64,000 nucleotides of DNA from a virus, in IMG/VR virus record IMGVR_UViG_3300044591_002420, positions 32,001 through 96,000 of that record, one strand, 5' to 3'. Each line of letters opens with the position of its first letter. Position 1 is the stretch's first letter. The position numbers and the translations under genes were made by a program. Below, one piece after another: positions 29,051 to 40,022 of the stretch. The notes under the pieces were generated by a model. That model was not told the DNA's origin and did no database searches. It saw only the letters and a program-made list of their open reading frames with translations.

Positions 29051-29555
29051 CATTTCTTTAAATCTTATTATTGTGGACAAATTTGAACAAGCTAGAGATC
29101 CAAACGCTCCAACGAATGTACTAGAACAACTAGCGACCGATGTGGATCCTGATGTTCGTTGGTATGTAGCACAAAATCCAAACACACCACCAAAAGTTCT
29201 AGAACAACTAGCGACCGATGAGGATTCTGATGTTTGTTATCGGGTAGCAGAAAACCCAAACACTCCACCAAAAGTCCTAGAACAACTAGCGACTGATGGG
29301 AATTCTGATGTTCGTTCGTGTGCAGCACGAAATTCAAACACACCACCAAAAGTTCTAGAACAATTAGCGACCGATAAGTATTCTAGTGTTCGTTATGACG
29401 TAGCAAATAATCCAAACACACCACCAAAAGTACTAAAGCTTCTAGCGACCGATGAGTATTATGGTGTTCGTTATTGTGTAGCAAAAAATCCAAACACTCC
29501 ACATTACATCAAGAGGTATCTTAAAATTCAAGAACAACTTAGGACACTTCTTTAA
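29016..29555 (+). CDS. LRV-repeat protein (true start probably GTG ~29073)
   Basis: Five repeats plus cap. Confidence 0.9.
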   Translation: MLDSFLIIHQNNISLNLIIVDKFEQARDPNAPTNVLEQLATDVDPDVRWYVAQNPNTPPKVLEQLATDEDSDVCYRVAENPNTPPKVLEQLATDGNSDVRSCAARNSNTPPKVLEQLATDKYSSVRYDVANNPNTPPKVLKLLATDEYYGVRYCVAKNPNTPHYIKRYLKIQEQLRTLL

Positions 29556-29608
29556 CTGTCACAACAAAATACCCAGACCATCCAAAAACCCACTACCATA
29601 AAAAGACA

Positions 29609-29920
29609 ATGAGTTACGAACACTATGTGAAACAACTTAAACCATGTTCTGAATGTGGTGAACCCCATGATCTTCGTTGGTGTGGCATCAGTGTCAGACC
29701 TTATTGTGGAAATTGTAAAAATTGGGGAGCCGTTAATTATAAAGCCGCCGAGGATGCAATTGCTTCTTGGAATGCATCTTATGAGCGAGCAGAAAAACGG
29801 TGGCGAAATGAGGACCAAATTCGGAATCTTGAAAAGTATTCAAGGCAAATCGGTATTGATCTATCCATTCAAGATCTTATTGATTTCCATCGCGCCCATT
29901 CTTCACATCTATTTTCTTAG
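29609..29920 (+). CDS. Zinc-ribbon protein, Lar (restriction alleviation)-like
   Basis: LKPCSECG...CGNC...AIASWN. Confidence 0.55.
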   Translation: MSYEHYVKQLKPCSECGEPHDLRWCGISVRPYCGNCKNWGAVNYKAAEDAIASWNASYERAEKRWRNEDQIRNLEKYSRQIGIDLSIQDLIDFHRAHSSHLFS

Positions 29921-30158
29921 GAGGTTTTATTATGAAAAATGTTGACGTTGAATTGTCTATTTTTCTTATTGGAGTGTTTCTTTGTGTTATTGTTGCAATC
30001 ATTGGGGATTATTATAATGATTTGATGACCAAAAAACAATATACAAATAATCTCGAAATCGTTATTAACTGCCGTAAGTCTCATGCACCTAATATTCTGG
30101 TTGCAGATCGGATTTGTGGTCCTGTTCCTCAATGGGCAACTCATAACAGGGAGGCCGA

Positions 30159-30557
30159 ATGATGAAACCATTTGATTATTACTCAAACAACACTGAAGTT
30201 TATCCAGAAAGACGGGAATATACAGGAGTCTTTGTTTATGATAAAGGCAAATTAATCTGGCAAGGAAGTTTAAATGTTTATAGTCAGGTATTAGAATCTC
30301 TTAAACGAAATCACCCCAATTATGTAATTCAAAAATTTGTTCATGAGGATGCTTACAAAGAGCAGAGAACAAAATGGAATATTGAAAATACTCGGCTCTA
30401 TAATGAATTTAAAAGGGATCTCTTTGAAGAGTTTGGAGTTGAAAATCACCCTAAACGAGAAAAAGTTTTTGAGATGGCATGGGAACGTGCGCACTCTTCA
30501 GGATACTATGAAGTTTACTTAGCCTTTGAAGATCTTGTTGAACTTATTAAGGATTAA
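30159..30557 (+). CDS. Hypothetical phage protein
   Basis: FK.DL.EE.G...HPK.EK.F..AWE..HS.G..EV. Confidence 0.7.
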   Translation: MMKPFDYYSNNTEVYPERREYTGVFVYDKGKLIWQGSLNVYSQVLESLKRNHPNYVIQKFVHEDAYKEQRTKWNIENTRLYNEFKRDLFEEFGVENHPKREKVFEMAWERAHSSGYYEVYLAFEDLVELIKD

Positions 30558-30843
30558 TTATGACAAATCTCTTTGAATACCCGAATAGTTGGAATTCTCC
30601 AAGATTTTTCTTTCAGAAGAATATTGGGGATATCATCAATGAGCTATCTTTGGCTCACGGATTGGATCTAAAAACATTCACCGAAAATAGAGGTTTCTTT
30701 AATAGATCTGGAACCTTTACTGTTGTAGGTGAGTTTTCCGATGTTCGCGCCTTTGGTGAATTTCTGGAATCTACCTATAACAACTATCTCACCCACAATA
30801 ATACTGACTGGGATCTCTACCAAAATTACGATTACACAGAACA

Positions 30844-31485
30844 ATGATTTTTGAATCTCTTCTTTCTCTGGCTCTGATTCACAATCAACCAGTTGTTACA
30901 CCTCGTCTATATACTCCTCCGATTATTTTGGCGGCTCGGAGTAATAGGGGTTATCGTCCATCCACTTCAATTCGCCCAACTTCTTCATCACCGTCTATTA
31001 GTCGGCCTATTCGTTCTTCTGGTGGTAATATTGTTATTAATCAACAAAGGGGATTTAAGCCTTCTAATACTCCCTTGAACGTAACTCGGTCTTCCGCTGG
31101 TAATGTTGTTATTAATCGACAACGAACTTCTCCACCAGTTATTCGCACAGCTCCCGTTATTCGTTCTACGCCTTCGTCTAGCACAGCTCCCGTTATTCGT
31201 TCTCCACGAGTTTATACATCTCGTCCCATCGTGAGAGAGAGGATTATTGAACGGGAATCCGGTGGCGGTTTTCTCGGTAATCCATTCTTTTGGCTTTATA
31301 TGAGTCAACAAAACAATAATTCTCAACCACGACAGGTTATTGTTCAGACACCTTCACAACCACAAAATACAACAGTTCAACCGATTATCCAAAAAAATGA
31401 TTATAATCCTGGACGAGAATTTGCTACATTCGCTCTAGGTTCCGGTCTTACTGTTCTGGCTATGCGTTCTCTCGCTCGTTCTTGA
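30844..31485 (+). CDS. Putative secreted/membrane low-complexity S/P/R-rich protein
   Basis: Hydrophobic N-terminus, repeated SSGGNIVIN / APVIRS, NPFFWLY, C-terminal hydrophobic segment. Confidence 0.65.
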   Translation: MIFESLLSLALIHNQPVVTPRLYTPPIILAARSNRGYRPSTSIRPTSSSPSISRPIRSSGGNIVINQQRGFKPSNTPLNVTRSSAGNVVINRQRTSPPVIRTAPVIRSTPSSSTAPVIRSPRVYTSRPIVRERIIERESGGGFLGNPFFWLYMSQQNNNSQPRQVIVQTPSQPQNTTVQPIIQKNDYNPGREFATFALGSGLTVLAMRSLARS

Positions 31486-31730
31486 ATTATGGCATTCACT
31501 TTTGAAGGCACAATTGATATTCCCCTGAAGAGTTTTTATTCTTGGGCAGAGGCTAATTATGGTCTCGGTGGAGGTTATGAGCGCTGTTATGGTGTTCCCA
31601 CAGTCAACAAAGACAATCATACAATAGAAATTAGTGTTGCCGGCTCTGATGTATCTAATCCTACAGAATGGCGAGAAAAACCAAAAGCTGTTTTAGAATG
31701 GAAAGAAAAGGGTATCCCTAATTATTAAAT

Positions 31731-32093
31731 TTGATTATGTGTCATTATCTCCAATCATGGAATCCAAACACACCACCAAAAACACTGGAACAACTAGCAA
31801 CCGATGAATATTATTTGGTTCGTTGGAACGTAGCAAATAATCCAAACACACCACCAAAAACACTGGAACAACTAGCAACCGATGAATATTATTTGGTTCG
31901 TTGGAACGTAGCAAATAATCCAAACACACCACCAAAAGTTCTAGAAATTCTAGCGACCGATAAGGAGTATCGGGTTCGTTATGGGGTAGCAATAAATCCA
32001 AACACTCCACACTACATCAAAAAGTATCTTAAAATTCAAGAACATCTTAGGACACTCCACAAACTGTCACATCCTCAACACCATACCACCTAA
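31731..32093 (+). CDS. LRV-repeat protein with two identical 78-bp units
   Basis: 31761-31838 equals 31839-31916. Confidence 0.9.
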   Translation: MIMCHYLQSWNPNTPPKTLEQLATDEYYLVRWNVANNPNTPPKTLEQLATDEYYLVRWNVANNPNTPPKVLEILATDKEYRVRYGVAINPNTPHYIKKYLKIQEHLRTLHKLSHPQHHTT

Positions 32094-32135
32094 ATTCTCG
32101 CTATTCTAGTTTTGTTAACCAAGGAGGATTCAACC

Positions 32136-32429
32136 ATGTCCGCTCAAGTTATTGATCGCCCCGTTATTCAAGATGCTGGTGTAGAAAAGAAGCCTTCACC
32201 TCGGTATCGGGTGCTTCTCCATAACGATGAATTTAATATCCCTCAAAATGTAGTAAGGTGGTTGATGGAAGTTGTGCAACTCGGTGAACAAACTGCGACT
32301 GATATTATGTTGAATGCTCATTATAGAGGAGTAGGCCTTGTTAAAGTGTGTGACATTGAAATGGCCGAGTTCTATGTGGAACAACTGAAATCAAAGGGTC
32401 TCACTATGAGTATGGAACCTGAGGAGTGA
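32136..32429 (+). CDS. clpS: ATP-dependent Clp protease adaptor ClpS
   Basis: PRYRVLLHNDEFN, IML.AH..G..LV..C..E.AEFY; AAGGAGG RBS before ATG 32136. Confidence 0.9.
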   Translation: MSAQVIDRPVIQDAGVEKKPSPRYRVLLHNDEFNIPQNVVRWLMEVVQLGEQTATDIMLNAHYRGVGLVKVCDIEMAEFYVEQLKSKGLTMSMEPEE

Positions 32430-32463
32430 ATTCATATTATCAATTTTACCAAGAGGAATTAAC

Positions 32464-33054
32464 ATGATTAATTTGGAAGATTATGTAGATCAGGAAGTGA
32501 TTATTATTAATAGTGAAAGACTATCACGATTTAACTATCATTCTATCTGCTATAAGGTAGGGAAAGTCACCAGAAAACATCATGATTCTACCAGTATTAA
32601 TCATTTTATTATCGGTAAAGACTCTTACACAAAAGAGGGTCGTCTTTTTGGGGGCGAGGGTGTGCAGAAGATTATATATATTCACCGCATTGTTCCGAAA
32701 CTTATTGGTTTGGCTCAGAAGGCACCCAATATTGAACTGGAGCAATTTGTGGGTAAGAAAGTTCTTGTTAAGTATAATGATAACACCGTTTATATTGGTA
32801 GAGTAGAAAAAAATGACAATGGAATTCTCTGCAGTTTTAATATCGGTAGTACTTCCTTCACTCATAAGGGATGTGTATATGGATGCTCTGATCCAAAATC
32901 TATTCTAGAAATTTATGAAGAAGGCGCATATCAACTCTTCACTTCATCTATTCCCGAACCTGAAAATAAAAAGATGAATGAATTAGCTGAACAGATTAAG
33001 GAACTCAATGAAACAGAACTAGTGGAATTGTTTAAGATTATTAAGGAACCTTGA
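32464..33054 (+). CDS. Hypothetical protein with internal duplication
   Basis: INLEDYV.Q.V and IELEQFVGKKV halves, F.IG..S.T..G twice. Confidence 0.65.
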   Translation: MINLEDYVDQEVIIINSERLSRFNYHSICYKVGKVTRKHHDSTSINHFIIGKDSYTKEGRLFGGEGVQKIIYIHRIVPKLIGLAQKAPNIELEQFVGKKVLVKYNDNTVYIGRVEKNDNGILCSFNIGSTSFTHKGCVYGCSDPKSILEIYEEGAYQLFTSSIPEPENKKMNELAEQIKELNETELVELFKIIKEP

Positions 33055-33602
33055 TGGATTTGTCTATTGATTCCTATGTTTCACCAGAAGTTCTTGCTGA
33101 TCTCGCGGGGAACGATAGCCGTAAGATTCGGTGTGATGTGGCGTGTCATCCCAACACGCCATTGGAAGCCTTAGAACTTCTAGCTACTGATTGTGATCCT
33201 GATGTTCGTTATTACGTAGCATTAAATGATAATACCCCATCGGGTACACTAGAACAATTAGCTAAAGATACAGATTTTGATGTTCGCTGTGAAGTAGCAT
33301 GTCATCTAAACACACCGACAGAAATCCTAGAACAACTAGCGACCGATAAAGTGTCTCCTGTTCGTTGGGGAGTAGCAAGAAATCCAAACACACCACCAAA
33401 AGCCCTAGAACAACTAGCGACCGATGAGAATCATAATGTTCGTTGTGGGGTGGCAGAAAATCCAAACACTCCACCAAAAGCCCTAGAGCTTCTAGCGACC
33501 GATAAGAACTCTGATGTTCGTTATTGGGTAGCAAGAAATCCAAACACTCCACACTACATCAAAAAGTATCTTAAAATTCAAGAACATTTAGCTAGATTAT
33601 GA
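33051..33602 (+). CDS. LRV-repeat protein
   Basis: Six repeats plus cap. Confidence 0.9.
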   Translation: MMDLSIDSYVSPEVLADLAGNDSRKIRCDVACHPNTPLEALELLATDCDPDVRYYVALNDNTPSGTLEQLAKDTDFDVRCEVACHLNTPTEILEQLATDKVSPVRWGVARNPNTPPKALEQLATDENHNVRCGVAENPNTPPKALELLATDKNSDVRYWVARNPNTPHYIKKYLKIQEHLARL

Positions 33603-34000
33603 ACAAATTTAGAACATCAAAAAGCCGACGTACTTCACCAAAAGTCTTAGAAATTCTAGTGACCGATGAGGATCGTAATGTTCGTTCCAAAGTAGCACGA
33701 AATCCAAACACACCACCAGAAGTCCTAGAACAACTGGCAACAGATCAGGATTATGTTGTTCGTTATGCTGTAGCAACACATCTAAACACTCCACCGAAAG
33801 TTCTAGAACAACTATCGACCGATGATATATTGGATGTTCGTTGGGATATTGCAGAAAATCCAAACACTCCACCAAAAGCTCTAGAACAACTAGCGAGCGA
33901 TGAGGATTTTTCTGTTCGTTGTAGCGTAGCAGAAAATCCAAACACACCACACTTCATCAAGAAGTATCTTAAACTTCAAGAACATCTAAAAACATTATGA
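33599..34000 (+). CDS. LRV-repeat protein
   Basis: Four repeats plus cap. Confidence 0.9.
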   Translation: MNKFRTSKSRRTSPKVLEILVTDEDRNVRSKVARNPNTPPEVLEQLATDQDYVVRYAVATHLNTPPKVLEQLSTDDILDVRWDIAENPNTPPKALEQLASDEDFSVRCSVAENPNTPHFIKKYLKLQEHLKTL

Positions 34001-34482
34001 AATACTTAATGCTCTCGGGAATCCCAACTAGCGGAAAATCCACTTATGTAAATAAGCTCCGGGAAAATCCTTATTGGCAATCTGCAGTAATCTTATCTAC
34101 CGATAATTATATTACTAAGATAGCAGAAGAGTCCGATACCACTTATGATGATGTTTTTGAAGAACATATTACTGAAGCAACAAGACAGCTACACTTAGAT
34201 TTACAAGAAGCAATCAAACACAATAAACCAATTATTCATGATCAGACTAATCTAACAATCAAAACTAGAGCAAAAAAACTTAGCAATATTCCTGAACGTT
34301 ATCAGAAGATTGTTGTTCATTTTGAAGTTCCGCTAGAAGAAGCACTGAGAAGAAATAAATGTCGTCCAGGAAAGTTTATTTCTGAAGATATTATCAAAAG
34401 AATGTTTTATACTTTTGAACCACCGACTTCAGACGAAGGATTCAATCTAGTCTTGAGGTCAGATCAAGAACTACTAATTTGA
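33997..34482 (+). CDS. P-loop kinase, polynucleotide kinase-like (AAA_33)
   Basis: GIPTSGKST, STD, DQTNL...R, RRN..R. Confidence 0.85.
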   Translation: MKYLMLSGIPTSGKSTYVNKLRENPYWQSAVILSTDNYITKIAEESDTTYDDVFEEHITEATRQLHLDLQEAIKHNKPIIHDQTNLTIKTRAKKLSNIPERYQKIVVHFEVPLEEALRRNKCRPGKFISEDIIKRMFYTFEPPTSDEGFNLVLRSDQELLI

Positions 34483-34488
34483 AATTTT

Positions 34489-35952
34489 ATGGAAACCCGA
34501 GAATCACGTTTAAATAAAATCAATAACATAAATTGTCCATATGCTGTTAAATTTAATCCTAGCAGTAGAGTGATTTATTTACAAGAAAACCATAAACACT
34601 TGGCACCCGGAGCCGAATGTCAAACAGAAGTTAGTATAGCGGGGAGAGTTATATCAAAAAGAGTTTTTGGTAAACTAGCCTTTTTTACATTATTGGACGA
34701 AACAGGAACAATTCAAGCTTATATTGATAAAGGTTACCTAGACAGTTTTAATAATTTATATTTTTCTGAATTAACAACATTGGTTGATATCGGTGACTGG
34801 ATTGGCCTTAGCGGACATCTTAAAGGAACCGAAAAAGGAGAATTATCAGTAAAGGTTAGAACTTGGCAGATGCTTTCTAAGGCACTTCAATCTTTACCTG
34901 ATAAATGGCATGGATTAATTGACGTTGAAAAACGTTACAGACAAAGATATCTTGATTTAATTAGTAATCCGAAAAATAAAGAAATCTTTTATAAGAGATC
35001 TAAAATCATAAAGACTATCCGAAATTTTTTAGATGAACAGAATTTCTTAGAAGTAGAAACTCCTATTCTTCAAACTGAAACGGGTGGAGCAGATGCTAGA
35101 CCCTTTCTGACGCATCATAACACTTTAGATATCCCTCTTAATTTGAGGATTGCGACGGAACTTCACCTGAAAATGATGATTGTTGGGGGATTTGAAAGAA
35201 TTTATGAAATTGGTAGAATTTTTAGAAATGAAGGAATAAGTACAAAACACAATCCAGAATTCACCTCTATTGAAATTTATAGTGCTTTTTCTGATTATTA
35301 CGACATGATGGATTTAGTACAAAAACTTATCTCTGAATGTTGTAAACAAGTATGTGATTCTGAGATTATTGAATATCAAGGCAACTTAATAGATTTTTCC
35401 TTTGGATTTCGTCGTGTTTCAATGCATGAAATTGTAGAGGAAAAAACAGGTTTAAATTTTAATAATTTCAATACTTGCCAAGAAGCTATTATTGAATTGA
35501 ATAAAATGGGAATTGAACCTAGATCAAGTGATTCTTTGGGGCGACTTCTTAATGATGTTTTTGAGCAAAAAGTGGAAAATGAATTAATTCAACCGACAAT
35601 TGTTATGGATTATCCGATAGAGATATCTCCTCTTGCCCGGCCTCATAGAAGCAAATCTGGTTTGGTTGAAAGATTTGAACTTTTTGTTGCAGGAAGAGAA
35701 TTGGCGAATGCATTTAGTGAATTGATTGATCCGATAGACCAAAGAGCCAGATTTGAAGAACAACAACAAAGAAAAATAAATGGAGATTTAGAGGCACAAA
35801 ATATAAATGAATTATTCTTAGAAGCACTTGAGGTAGGAATGCCGCCAACTGGAGGACTAGGTATAGGAATCGATAGATTAGTTATGTTACTAACTGATAG
35901 TGCATCAATTCGTGAAGTTATCGCTTTCCCTTTATTGAAACCCACCAATTGA
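34489..35952 (+). CDS. lysS: Lysyl-tRNA synthetase (class II)
   Basis: [24 protein letters not shown]...[27 protein letters not shown]. Confidence 0.97.
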   Translation: METRESRLNKINNINCPYAVKFNPSSRVIYLQENHKHLAPGAECQTEVSIAGRVISKRVFGKLAFFTLLDETGTIQAYIDKGYLDSFNNLYFSELTTLVDIGDWIGLSGHLKGTEKGELSVKVRTWQMLSKALQSLPDKWHGLIDVEKRYRQRYLDLISNPKNKEIFYKRSKIIKTIRNFLDEQNFLEVETPILQTETGGADARPFLTHHNTLDIPLNLRIATELHLKMMIVGGFERIYEIGRIFRNEGISTKHNPEFTSIEIYSAFSDYYDMMDLVQKLISECCKQVCDSEIIEYQGNLIDFSFGFRRVSMHEIVEEKTGLNFNNFNTCQEAIIELNKMGIEPRSSDSLGRLLNDVFEQKVENELIQPTIVMDYPIEISPLARPHRSKSGLVERFELFVAGRELANAFSELIDPIDQRARFEEQQQRKINGDLEAQNINELFLEALEVGMPPTGGLGIGIDRLVMLLTDSASIREVIAFPLLKPTN

Positions 35953-36166
35953 GGACAGATCAAGAACTGTCCATCTGACAAGCATTCCCACATCATAAAA
36001 GAGTAGACTTAAAACCCTATGTCCAAAAATAAATCAAATGGTGAGTTTTTATTAAACTATATGAAGACGAGAAGGTGAAAATTATTACTAAGGGAGAAAA
36101 AGGAAAAGATCCATCTAGTTTTGCTTCTACCACTGTTATACTTAAAGATACCAAAGATTCTGAAAA

Positions 36167-36958
36167 ATGAAAATTAAACTATTATCGGATCTACATCTAG
36201 ATCAGGCGAAAGATCTTTCAATAATTGATTATTACACCGAAACGATTCTTGCGTCCGGTGATCTTCTCATATTGGCCGGTGATATTTTATCATCCAAACA
36301 TCTTTCTTCTGATGGATTTCTGAAGAACATTTATATCTCTTTCTTCCGAGAATGCTCTAAACGGTACGATAAGATTATCTATGTAATGGGTAATCATGAG
36401 CATTTTGGATATAATTGTAGTCGTACAAAAAATAAGATACAAGAATTTCTGCCGAATAACTTCTATCTGCTAGAGAATCAAACTCTTCAAATTGATAATT
36501 GGAATTTCATTGGTTTTACCTTATGGACTGATTTCAATAGAGCAAATCCGTTAGATATGATAAATGCATCGTCTTATATGAATGATTATAAGACAATTAG
36601 AATTACTGAGCGTTATCGTAAACTCAGACCCGAAGACTCACTCGCATTTCATCGCGGAAGTTTGCACTTTCTAAAAGAGCAACTCAATTTGATGAGCGAT
36701 AATGTTTTCGTGATCAGTCATCATACTCCGAGTTATCGTTCGGTTCCACCTAAATTTATCAGCAATCTTCATAATTCGGCTTATTGTACTTCACTAGATG
36801 AGCTTATTATGGATTCTCCACAGATTAAGTATTGGGCTCACGGTCATACACATTGGCAACAAGATTATTATATTGAACAATGTAGAGTATTATGTAATCC
36901 TCATGGTTATTATGGAGAAACTACTGGATTCAATCCTAATTTTGAATTGGAAATCTAA
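36167..36958 (+). CDS. Calcineurin-like metallophosphoesterase
   Basis: SDLH, AGD, GNHE, SHH.P, HGHTH, NP.GY. Confidence 0.9.
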   Translation: MKIKLLSDLHLDQAKDLSIIDYYTETILASGDLLILAGDILSSKHLSSDGFLKNIYISFFRECSKRYDKIIYVMGNHEHFGYNCSRTKNKIQEFLPNNFYLLENQTLQIDNWNFIGFTLWTDFNRANPLDMINASSYMNDYKTIRITERYRKLRPEDSLAFHRGSLHFLKEQLNLMSDNVFVISHHTPSYRSVPPKFISNLHNSAYCTSLDELIMDSPQIKYWAHGHTHWQQDYYIEQCRVLCNPHGYYGETTGFNPNFELEI

Positions 36959-37050
36959 TTAAAATGTCGTGCCACTCACACAACTGTCCACCGAAATCCA
37001 CTTCTTCTTTCACCATCTGCTAAACTGAATTCACAAACAACGGAGTAATT

Positions 37051-37404
37051 ATGGGCTATCTCACGACCTTTACTGTCTATAATGATTTTGCACATGATAT
37101 CAAAAAGGATCCCAAGCAATTTGGTGAAAAAGTTTATGAACATATCTGTGAAATGGAGACTGGCGATGTTAGTCTGGAAATCGGCAATTATTGCGCGACG
37201 GTTGCTATTGGTCAACATTCTCGTCATGCCGATGATCTCACAATCTATGTTCACATGGGAAATTGTGTGACCGAAGTGAATCCATATTCGCGCTCTTTTC
37301 AGGAATTAGTCAATAAAAATCCTCAGTTTGCAGATAAATTGATTAATTTTATTGAGGCAGAATTGGAGGAATTGAAAAAATTCAAACAAACAAAAAATAA
37401 TTGA
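37051..37404 (+). CDS. Hypothetical protein
   Basis: ATG ORF after a promoter motif. Confidence 0.65.
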   Translation: MGYLTTFTVYNDFAHDIKKDPKQFGEKVYEHICEMETGDVSLEIGNYCATVAIGQHSRHADDLTIYVHMGNCVTEVNPYSRSFQELVNKNPQFADKLINFIEAELEELKKFKQTKNN

Positions 37405-37413
37405 GGTATTATC

Positions 37414-38262
37414 ATGGGCTGCTGGAACAAAACTTGTGGATTTTCGGGTCTTTCTATTATGGTGGGAGACCCGGTTTATGTCTTTGTTTTGAAGAAAAGC
37501 GATTATTATGATCCATGCTCTTCAACTTCAGAATATACACCATTTCTTGCACCATTTGAGAGTTTTTATAATGATTATGGAAGTGGTGAAAATTCTAGAG
37601 GAGTCTGGCTACCATATATTATGGAAGCTCTTAAGAAGAAACTTATTGAAATGGAGGTCGGGGAAAATAAATGTCATGACATTGCAGTAAAACGCGATGA
37701 TTTTGATGTGGATCTTTTCTTCTCGGCAATTAAAGAAGATCGGTTGTTTATTAATAAACATCAACCGAGTAATGCTATTCGTTTTACGATGATGCATAAA
37801 AGTATCATTGATAAAATGTTAGAAGAATTTGAGTTCCGCCATTATGATTTTTTTAGGGAAATGGGGAAATGGGATTATAAATTTGCCGATATTATCACAA
37901 GAGTTGAAAATTATTGGAATAATATTAAATCATTTTATAACATCCATCAATTAATTGATTTTAATTATGATTCAATCATTGGGTCTTATATTTTCCATTA
38001 TATGTCAACCATCAATTTTATACCGATAAGAGAAGTTATCGGCGAATGCCTACAAAATAACACCGAAGATGAAGTTGCTATTAATCTCATTAAAGAATAT
38101 CTCAAAGGATTACACGTTGAGATAATGATGAATCATCTTCGCAAAACTTGGCTACCTGGAGGATTTGAAGGTTCACAGGATTGTGAGTATGATGCATATA
38201 AACTATTAGTCAATATTACACTAGAACATATTAAAGAAAAAGAAGAAGAATTGGATTATTAA
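37414..38262 (+). CDS. Hypothetical phage protein
   Basis: MGCWNKTC..S.L.I, YNDYG, GSQ. Confidence 0.7.
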   Translation: MGCWNKTCGFSGLSIMVGDPVYVFVLKKSDYYDPCSSTSEYTPFLAPFESFYNDYGSGENSRGVWLPYIMEALKKKLIEMEVGENKCHDIAVKRDDFDVDLFFSAIKEDRLFINKHQPSNAIRFTMMHKSIIDKMLEEFEFRHYDFFREMGKWDYKFADIITRVENYWNNIKSFYNIHQLIDFNYDSIIGSYIFHYMSTINFIPIREVIGECLQNNTEDEVAINLIKEYLKGLHVEIMMNHLRKTWLPGGFEGSQDCEYDAYKLLVNITLEHIKEKEEELDY

Positions 38263-38458
38263 ATGTCAAGAACACACCGAAGACAACCAGAAGAAAAGAC
38301 TTGGTTTAAGCGCAATTATCGCCGACCGAGAACCTTTAATGAGAAAAAACAAATTGAAGATCTTATTCACGATGAAGATGTGAAACTAAGCAATCGTGAA
38401 AAATCAAAACTCAATAATCTTCCAACCGCCTGGGATGACATCCGTAAAAGTTCCACTT

Positions 38459-39142
38459 ATGAACAAGATTACCATTAAGTATCCAAGAACATTACATCTT
38501 CCATGGTCGGAAGGAATAACCTCAGATGATAAGAAAATAAAAACATTGAATAATTTTCATGGTAGAAGTGTCATTATAACAGAAAAGATGGATGGTGAAA
38601 ACACTACAATGTATAGGAATAATATACATGCGCGTTCATTAGACAGTCGCGGAGGAGAAGACCGCGCATGGATAAAGAATTTTTGGTCAACTTTTTCATA
38701 TAAAATTCCAGAAAACTATAGAATTTGTGGTGAAAATCTTTGGGCTAAACATAGCATTTATTATCAACATTTGAAGTCTTATTTTTACGGATTTAGTGTC
38801 TGGAATGGAAATCTCTGTCTTAGTTGGGAAGAGACTAAACTGTTCTTTGAAGATCTAGGAATTTATTCTGTTCCGATTCTTTATGAGGGAATCTGGAATG
38901 AAGATCTGATTCGTAATCTACAGAATACTATTAATTTACAAGAAGTTGAAGGGTATGTTGTAAGATTAGCAGATGAATTCTCTTGTGAAAATTTTGATTG
39001 CAGTGTTGCTAAATTTGTAAGAACCAATCATGTCCAAACGAATAATCATTGGCGCAGTGATAATTTCATACCAAATCGGCTATCAAATGATATTTCTCAA
39101 GAAGAATCTCTCATTACAACAATAGGAGAAAACGCAAAATGA
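38459..39142 (+). CDS. ATP-dependent RNA ligase family protein
   Basis: KYPRTLHLPWS, EKMDGEN, GENL, EGYVVR, AKFVR. Confidence 0.9.
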   Translation: MNKITIKYPRTLHLPWSEGITSDDKKIKTLNNFHGRSVIITEKMDGENTTMYRNNIHARSLDSRGGEDRAWIKNFWSTFSYKIPENYRICGENLWAKHSIYYQHLKSYFYGFSVWNGNLCLSWEETKLFFEDLGIYSVPILYEGIWNEDLIRNLQNTINLQEVEGYVVRLADEFSCENFDCSVAKFVRTNHVQTNNHWRSDNFIPNRLSNDISQEESLITTIGENAK

Positions 39143-39491
39143 AGATTGAAGACATGGTTCAAGATATTGTCAGGGAAGGAATTCCAGTGACAATTAAATA
39201 TAATAAAGAGACAGATGAAATTCGTTATTATATTCCGGGATTTTATAAGTCCGATGGATCAGTTTATTTGGTAGAGGAAGAGGGTTGTAGAATTTTCTGC
39301 TATCAAAGATATGGCGAAAAAACAGAATTGTACGATAATAACTTTATGGACAGTCTTGTTGGTGTGAATTATTATTGGTGGTCGGTAACAAAAGAAAGAA
39401 ATCCAGGTTCCACAATTCTTCCAGATGATTATTGGAAAGAACATCTAATAAAATCTGGACGTATTAAAGTTGTAACTAAAACTGAATACGT

Positions 39492-40022
39492 GTGAATAAA
39501 GAACTTATTGATCATCTAAAATCAAGACATCTAAATTTAGAACTTCATCGTCCAATTCTTGATGAAGAACTTTCAATAGCAACCTTTCTTTTTTATAATC
39601 TATCAGAACAACTTGTTGGTTATCAACAATACAATCCCAATGGTGATAAAAAGATCTTCAACTCAAAATTAGGTGGTCGTTATTACACTTATCGTAAACA
39701 ACCAACAATTGCTATTTGGGGCCTAGAATCATATTACATTTCAGATGGACCAATTTTTATCACTGAGGGTATTTTTGACGCAGCAAGATTTACTGAAAGA
39801 AATCAGACTGCATTTGCTGTTTGTAGTAATGATCCACCGAAGGATTATAAAAATTGGTTTGATACATTACCGAGAAAAGTTATTGCGATTTGTGATAATG
39901 ATCCTGCCGGTGAAGAACTGGCTAAGTTTGGAGATTATTATGAAATTGTTCCCGACAACAAAGATGTAGGAGAATCTTCTGAAGAATATGTTCGTTATCT
40001 TATTGAGAAATACACAAAATGA
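39492..40022 (+). CDS. Stand-alone TOPRIM (primase-like) protein
   Basis: ITEGIFDA, CDND.AG, KDVGE. Confidence 0.8.
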   Translation: MNKELIDHLKSRHLNLELHRPILDEELSIATFLFYNLSEQLVGYQQYNPNGDKKIFNSKLGGRYYTYRKQPTIAIWGLESYYISDGPIFITEGIFDAARFTERNQTAFAVCSNDPPKDYKNWFDTLPRKVIAICDNDPAGEELAKFGDYYEIVPDNKDVGESSEEYVRYLIEKYTK

